Virus record (IMG/VR): IMGVR_UViG_3300005764_000062
Location: 1-29,751 of that record
Reading direction: 5' to 3' (one strand)
Origin: a virus
Lineage: Duplodnaviria > Caudoviricetes
Length of the DNA: 29,751 nucleotides
In this document: positions 26,484 through 29,751 of the stretch, in pieces
Layout of the letters: the number at the start of each line of letters is the position of its first letter
Numbering within the stretch: the stretch's first letter is position 1
Made by a program: the position numbers and the translations under genes
The notes under the pieces: generated by a model
Databases searched by the model: none
What the model was told of the DNA's origin: nothing
Seen by the model: the letters and a program-made list of their open reading frames with translations, nothing else

Positions 26484-27443
26484 CTACACCGTGTAGCTGC
26501 TAACGACGGTCCCCTGCTCCGGGTCGCCAGATTTATGTTCTTCGATCCAGAATTGCTTTCTTAAGTTGGGGTTGCCGAACAGCCCCTTTCCTTTGGTGTA
26601 ATCCGCGTAGTGGCCCCGCACTCTGTGAAACCGCAGCTCGCGCTTTTCCCCGTCCGGCGCGACCTCGCCCTTCTGCTCGCGCCGCAACTGCGGCAGGCTC
26701 GTAACCACGATCTCATGCCACGGCGAGCTGAACGGCGGATGCGATGACTTCTTGGGTTTCGGGGCTCCGGCAGTTATCGGGACCAGCTTGACGTTGTGGC
26801 AGTTCATCCGGGCGAAGGTGTGGAGGACGCTGTATTCGCAGGCGGCAATGAGTTGGTAGTTCGTTCTGATCCATTTAAATTCGTCCTTTTGAATATCCGC
26901 TATGCCGTGGAATGAATCCGAGAGCGGGCCGAAATGCCAGTACCGACTGTCCTGCCAATCGCCTTCGGCATTCAGCCAATAAACAAAATCGCCTACCGGC
27001 TCCACGTAGCCCTTTCCCGCCGCCCACGAGACCACCTCCACGATGGTAGGTCGCGCCAGTTTTCCAATAGCCTCCAGCTGGTCACGGTCGTAAGAGATCG
27101 GCGACGCCTTCACAAACGCCTTCAGGTGGTCCTCATTGACGATGTCCATGCGTGTTACCAGACTGCCCATCCACTCGTTCGCTTTCACGCTTTCCAGCCA
27201 CATCACAGGATACGGCGGCTTGGGACGAGGAATCAGACGCCGATCCAGGTACGATCGATCGTCCGTTGTACCATCGGCGTTGAAGAGATCCCGTTCTACG
27301 GAATTGGTATTGACGAGAATGGTATCGCGCGAACGCAGCGCCTTCTGCGTCAGCTCAAAACGCGCCGCATACTTCTTCCCATCCTCGCGGAGCGGCACTG
27401 GAGCCGTCCGCCCGTCCAAAATCATGCTGCGCAGACTGGCCAT
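26484..27443 (-). CDS. Conserved phage hypothetical protein (319 aa)
   Basis: C-terminal HRVRGHYADY..GKGLFG...FWI..H..G motif I recognise from uncharacterised phage proteins; AAGGG RBS. Confidence 0.75.
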   Translation of the reverse strand: MASLRSMILDGRTAPVPLREDGKKYAARFELTQKALRSRDTILVNTNSVERDLFNADGTTDDRSYLDRRLIPRPKPPYPVMWLESVKANEWMGSLVTRMDIVNEDHLKAFVKASPISYDRDQLEAIGKLARPTIVEVVSWAAGKGYVEPVGDFVYWLNAEGDWQDSRYWHFGPLSDSFHGIADIQKDEFKWIRTNYQLIAACEYSVLHTFARMNCHNVKLVPITAGAPKPKKSSHPPFSSPWHEIVVTSLPQLRREQKGEVAPDGEKRELRFHRVRGHYADYTKGKGLFGNPNLRKQFWIEEHKSGDPEQGTVVSSYTV

Positions 27444-27455
27444 ACTACCCTTCGA

Positions 27456-27755
27456 TTACAGTTCGCGAGGCCAGCGCTTTAGCGCCTTGAACACGCCATC
27501 ATTCCTCAGACGGTACACCGCTAGCACCTCATCACCGGTGCGAAGGATCGCGTATCTCTTTCCGTTGATTTCGTCCATGTGACTACGCGCGGTGCTGGGA
27601 ATCGCCCAACTAGCGCCGGTTTTCTTCTCGTCCTTGCGCGCCGCCGTCCAATACGCCCGAAGCGCTCGGGCCATCAGTAAATCATCATCTGCTAGCCAAC
27701 TCATATCAGCAGGAAGCATATCACGAGCAAACATGGGAGCCCGGCATAGGGCCAT
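27456..27755 (-). CDS. Hypothetical protein (99 aa, start uncertain)
   Basis: Same strand, directly downstream of the Nop-domain gene; GKRYAILR....LAVYR motif. Confidence 0.65.
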   Translation of the reverse strand: MALCRAPMFARDMLPADMSWLADDDLLMARALRAYWTAARKDEKKTGASWAIPSTARSHMDEINGKRYAILRTGDEVLAVYRLRNDGVFKALKRWPREL

Positions 27756-27787
27756 TCTACTGAAGGCCCATCAGAGCCGGACAGATT

Positions 27788-28633
27788 TCATTTTGCAGCT
27801 GACTTGCGATGTACGTGTCCCAGGTGCGCGATGGGATAGGGTAAGGGCGGTTCCTGGTCGTAATGCTGCCGGTAGGCCTCCTCGAACCAATGCGCGAGAA
27901 ACAGCTTGACGGCCCAGCGCTTGGCCCGCTCGTGCAGAGCCTTTTGCGGAAGCTTACCGGTAGCGAACATAGCGCGCAGCTCGGGATCGAGCTTCTTCGC
28001 CTTGTCCTCCTCCAGGCGACGTTTCGCCTGATCGGCCAGCTCGCCCGCGTCGTTGCGCTTGGCCTCGTAGGCCTTGCGTTCGAGGTAAAGCTTTCCGTAG
28101 ATGTCCTTGGTATTGCCGGAGACCTTGACGAAGGACTCGCCCATGAGCCAGCACAGGCGTTTGAGGCTGGCGTTCCACGGGCGTTTTTCGTGGCGGTTCC
28201 ATTTCACGGTGGGATCGAGGCCGGCGAAGCGCCAGATGTGGCCGACGCTGGGGCATTTGGTGATGTCGATGTTGGCCAGCAGTCCGCTTGCGATTACCGG
28301 GCCGATGCCGGTAATGTTGCGCGCCCACACCCCCATGGGTTGCGCGCTGCTCCATTTATCCAGCATGCCTCTGATCTGAAACTCCAGCACTTCCAGGTTG
28401 CTGTTGAGCCAGGTCATGAATTCGCTCGGCTCCTGGCCCTCCTGCAGCTTGCGCTGCTGGTTGGCGGAGGCGATGCGGTAGTCCTGCAGGTCGTAGTAGG
28501 TGTTGACAAAGTAGCGGGCTTCGTGCACACCCATTAGCTTGGCGGCGGCGCGAAGATCCCGCGACAGTTTCTGGATAGTGAATTGCTGCACCTGTTGTTC
28601 AGCAACGGGTTTGGCTTCAGTCGTTGCGCTCAT
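27788..28633 (-). CDS. tasA: TIGR-associated Nop-domain protein lacking a nuclease domain (TasA-like; IS110 C-terminal fold)
   Basis: YYDLQDYRI..NQ coiled coil, ITGIGP, S.GHIWRFAGLDP, PWNASLK..C, AKRWAVKLFLAHW, PY...LGH; no DEDD RuvC or HNH domain; abuts the dual-repeat array. Confidence 0.85.
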   Translation of the reverse strand: MSATTEAKPVAEQQVQQFTIQKLSRDLRAAAKLMGVHEARYFVNTYYDLQDYRIASANQQRKLQEGQEPSEFMTWLNSNLEVLEFQIRGMLDKWSSAQPMGVWARNITGIGPVIASGLLANIDITKCPSVGHIWRFAGLDPTVKWNRHEKRPWNASLKRLCWLMGESFVKVSGNTKDIYGKLYLERKAYEAKRNDAGELADQAKRRLEEDKAKKLDPELRAMFATGKLPQKALHERAKRWAVKLFLAHWFEEAYRQHYDQEPPLPYPIAHLGHVHRKSAAK

Positions 28634-28639
28634 GGTTTT

Positions 28640-29353
28640 CGGTCCTCTCTCTGGCGTCGGCTCGCTCGCTTTCGACGGTGCTCTCCCATCAGCCCGGCTC
28701 GCTCCTTTTCGACGGCGCTCTCTGTTGACACGGCTCGCTCCAGACCCACGGTTCCCTCGCTAAGCGCGGCTCGCTCCATTCGCTCGGTGCTCTCGGCATC
28801 TTTGGCTCGCTCTTATACGCCGGTTCTCTCCGTTATAACGGCTCGCTCTTCAATATCGGCGCTCTCTTCTGTTACGGCTCGCTCGTCACCTCGGTACTCT
28901 CTTGTGGCACGGCTCGCTCCTACTTTCCGGTTCCCTCTTGGATGACGGCTCGCTCACTCAATACGGTTCTCTCACTCAAGACGGCTCGCTCATTCTTGAC
29001 GGTTCACTCGAACTTTCCGGCTCGCTCATCATACACGGTGCTCTCATAATTAACGGCTCGCTCATCCATAACGGTTCTCTCTGGATCCGACGGCTCGCTC
29101 ACAAACCTCGGTTCTCTCGCTGGCTACGGCTCGCTCAACACTTACGGTACTCTCGTCACCATCGGCTCGCTCCCTCCAGACGGTTCTCTCTGGATCATCG
29201 GCTCGCTCTTATACGCCGGTATCCTCTTCGTTTGCGGCTCGCTCATGGACAGCGGTACTCTCTGTTATTTCGGCTCGCTCACACATAACGGTACACTCTA
29301 CCTCGCACGGCTCGCTCATCCACCGCGGTTCACTCCCTCATGTCGGCTCGCCT
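28640..29353 (-). repeat. TIGR-type dual-repeat guide RNA array (19 full units of about 36 nt)
   Basis: 20 copies of repeat A (plus strand CGGCTCGCTC, 18 exact) alternate with 20 copies of repeat B (CGG-N4-CTC, commonest CGGTTCTCTC); 39 spacers: 35 of 8 nt, three of 9, one of 7. Confidence 0.92.
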
Positions 29354-29383
29354 GGATTATACGTCCAGGTGACATTTAAGCAA
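29351..29383 (-). promoter_or_regulatory. Putative promoter for the array and tasA
   Basis: TTGCTT (29383-29378), 16 nt, perfect TATAAT (29361-29356); predicted start at the first repeat; -10 sits within inverted repeat CCTGGA-N7-TCCAGG. Confidence 0.65.
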
Positions 29384-29385
29384 CG

Positions 29386-29751
29386 TTATTTTTTTCGCTC
29401 CCGCCAGCCGGTCTCCGGGCCGCTGTACGAATTGCGACTGCCGCTGTCGAAGCTAAGGACGTTGATGTGGAAGTGCGGATCGATGTGCACACGCTGACCG
29501 CGGCGGCGTTCGCGCAGCTGGTCGGCCCACTCGCGCACGCGGCGCTGCAGAGCCTCAGCGCGCGAGTTGCCGCGGATGTAGAACTTGCTGCCGTCCGCTC
29601 TGATCGCCCAGCCGCGGGCGTCTTCCTCGCGCCGCCGGTCCTTGACGCCGGCGTCATCGAGGGTGCGGCGCAGCTCGCGCTCCGCCTCTAGTTTCCGACC
29701 TTCGATCGCGTTCATCTTGGCCACGAAGCGGTCGGCCTCGCGCAGGTTGGT
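29386..29751 (-). CDS. Hypothetical protein, 5' truncated by the window
   Basis: Frame stays open to the window edge (TNLREADRFVAKMNAIE...GWRERKK*). Confidence 0.7.
   Translation of the reverse strand, partial: TNLREADRFVAKMNAIEGRKLEAERELRRTLDDAGVKDRRREEDARGWAIRADGSKFYIRGNSRAEALQRRVREWADQLRERRRGQRVHIDPHFHINVLSFDSGSRNSYSGPETGWRERKK

Larger units (their letters stand above)
1..29751. mobile_element. Tailed phage/prophage segment with podovirus-like morphogenesis module; both ends lie outside the window
   Basis: Gene order portal, scaffold, capsid, adaptors, nozzle, ejection proteins with SLT; tyrosine recombinase; no tape measure or tail tube; no host housekeeping genes. Confidence 0.93.

Noticed and set aside
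3683-26564. Many long plus-strand ORFs (e.g. 11365..12867, 15073..16350, 20760..21923)
   Set aside because: Antisense shadows of GC-rich minus-strand genes with no motifs; only the NUMOD4-HNH gene is credible on plus
27788-28633. IS110 transposase or its pseudogene
   Set aside because: No DEDD RuvC domain or remnant upstream; the ORF is intact with its own RBS and abuts a guide array
28583-29288. Plus-strand ORFs with GSL/ARS/RLA periodicity as repeat proteins
   Set aside because: They are shadows of the 18-nt DNA period; 7- and 9-nt spacers shift frame freely and repeat A shows no synonymous variation
28640-29353. CRISPR array
   Set aside because: Repeats are 10 nt and of two alternating kinds, spacers only 7-9 nt, and no cas genes are present

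Overview
A GC-rich tailed-phage or prophage segment. Most of it (3616-26312, minus strand) is a podovirus-like morphogenesis operon: portal, scaffold, major capsid, decoration, adaptor and nozzle-like proteins, then three ejection-type proteins, the last with a lytic transglycosylase domain. Two free-standing endonucleases interrupt it. A plus-strand accessory cluster with a tyrosine recombinase occupies 1-3619. The standout is 27788-29383: a 281-aa IS110/Nop-fold protein with no nuclease domain, directly downstream of a dual-repeat array (36-nt period, two alternating 10-nt repeats, 39 variable spacers of about 8 nt) that has its own promoter. This matches a TIGR-Tas (TasA-type) RNA-guided DNA-binding system. 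Also notable: several unannotated Arg-rich, protamine-like micro-ORFs with good RBSs, a promoter with a structured terminator-containing leader ahead of the capsid genes, and a Gly/Gln prion-like protein. No terminase, tape measure or clear lysis cassette is visible. An Acidobacteriota host is a weak inference. All family calls come from motif recognition by eye, not database searches.
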